Part shown: one piece after another, positions 35,057 to 35,310 of the stretch
Layout: every line of letters starts with the position of its first letter
How positions within the stretch are numbered: the stretch's first letter is position 1
Assembly (NCBI GenBank): GCA_964440165.1
Contig: CAYTQF010000002.1
Span: forward strand, 1-35,310
DNA length: 35,310 nucleotides
Direction of reading: 5' to 3'
Origin: an uncultured Azospirillaceae bacterium
Lineage (GTDB): Bacteria; Pseudomonadota; Alphaproteobacteria; RF32; CAG-239
Notes under the pieces: generated by a model
What the model was told of the DNA's origin: nothing
Database searches by the model: none
The model's input: the letters and a program-made list of their open reading frames with translations, nothing else
Made by a program: the position numbers and the translations under genes

Positions 35057-35181
35057 AACTTGCGAGAAGCAAGTTTGAAATTGAAATACTCATTGGCTTT
35101 TGTCAATGAGTGATGAAATCGGCATCGCTCACCTAAACAAATGAAAAGTGAGTAAGAGCACAAGTCGAGCCGTTTTTTTTT
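35057..35181 (+). ncRNA. Candidate structured small RNA or leader
   Basis: Perfect TATAAT at 35045-35050, hairpins at 35057-35075 and 35088-35111, and an imperfect GC stem (35120-35172) followed by T9. Confidence 0.3.
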
Positions 35182-35257
35182 GCGAAAGAGTTTTTTTGTT
35201 TACGGGGCAAGTTGTGCAAGCCTTTGAACCATAAAAAATAGAAAGTATGAATATATA

Positions 35258-35310
35258 ATGATTAAAGTTTTATTTGTCTGTTTGGGGAATATATGTCGGT
35301 CGCCGATGGC
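35258..35310 (+). CDS. Low-molecular-weight protein-tyrosine phosphatase / ArsC-like protein (5' fragment; runs off the window)
   Basis: MIKVLFVCLGNICRSPM contains the C-X5-R(S/T) P-loop signature. Confidence 0.75.
   Translation, partial: MIKVLFVCLGNICRSPM

Noticed and set aside
1-35310. CRISPR arrays, rRNA genes, transposases or IS elements
   Set aside because: No spaced direct-repeat array, rRNA-like sequence or transposase-like ORF was seen anywhere in the window.

Overview
The window is a chromosomal segment from a low-GC Gram-negative bacterium. Gene content and order (ppiD-tpiA-secG-pyrG ... kdsA-recO-parC) suggest an alphaproteobacterium, but that is inference. Recognisable core genes are a MacA/MacB-type tripartite ABC efflux operon (73-3167, minus strand), metG, trkH, ppiD, tpiA, secG, pyrG, kdsA, recO, parC, two tandem alpha/beta-hydrolase paralogs, a CAU-anticodon tRNA and the 5' end of a low-molecular-weight phosphatase gene. 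Between trkH and ppiD (about 8368-23050) lies a compact 14.7-kb podovirus-like prophage. It carries an XRE-type repressor with a lambda-like set of ATAAC-N5-GTTAT operators, two early proteins, a large terminase, portal, scaffold, major capsid, tail and fibre genes and a five-gene lysis cassette. I could not recognise any integrase, excisionase or replication gene in it. Its portal gene carries one in-frame TAG, and a membrane-protein gene co-transcribed with the repressor is split at a T9 run. The element also carries unusual passengers: a serum-amyloid-A-like protein, a GroES-like co-chaperonin and a GNAT acetyltransferase inside the tail module. Outside the prophage, two orphan units stand out. 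One is a strongly codon-biased two-gene operon (3330-4231) with a near-consensus promoter and a 14-bp-stem terminator. The other is a single 324-aa gene inserted between pyrG and kdsA. All functional calls come from reading the translated ORFs and motifs by eye; no database search was run.
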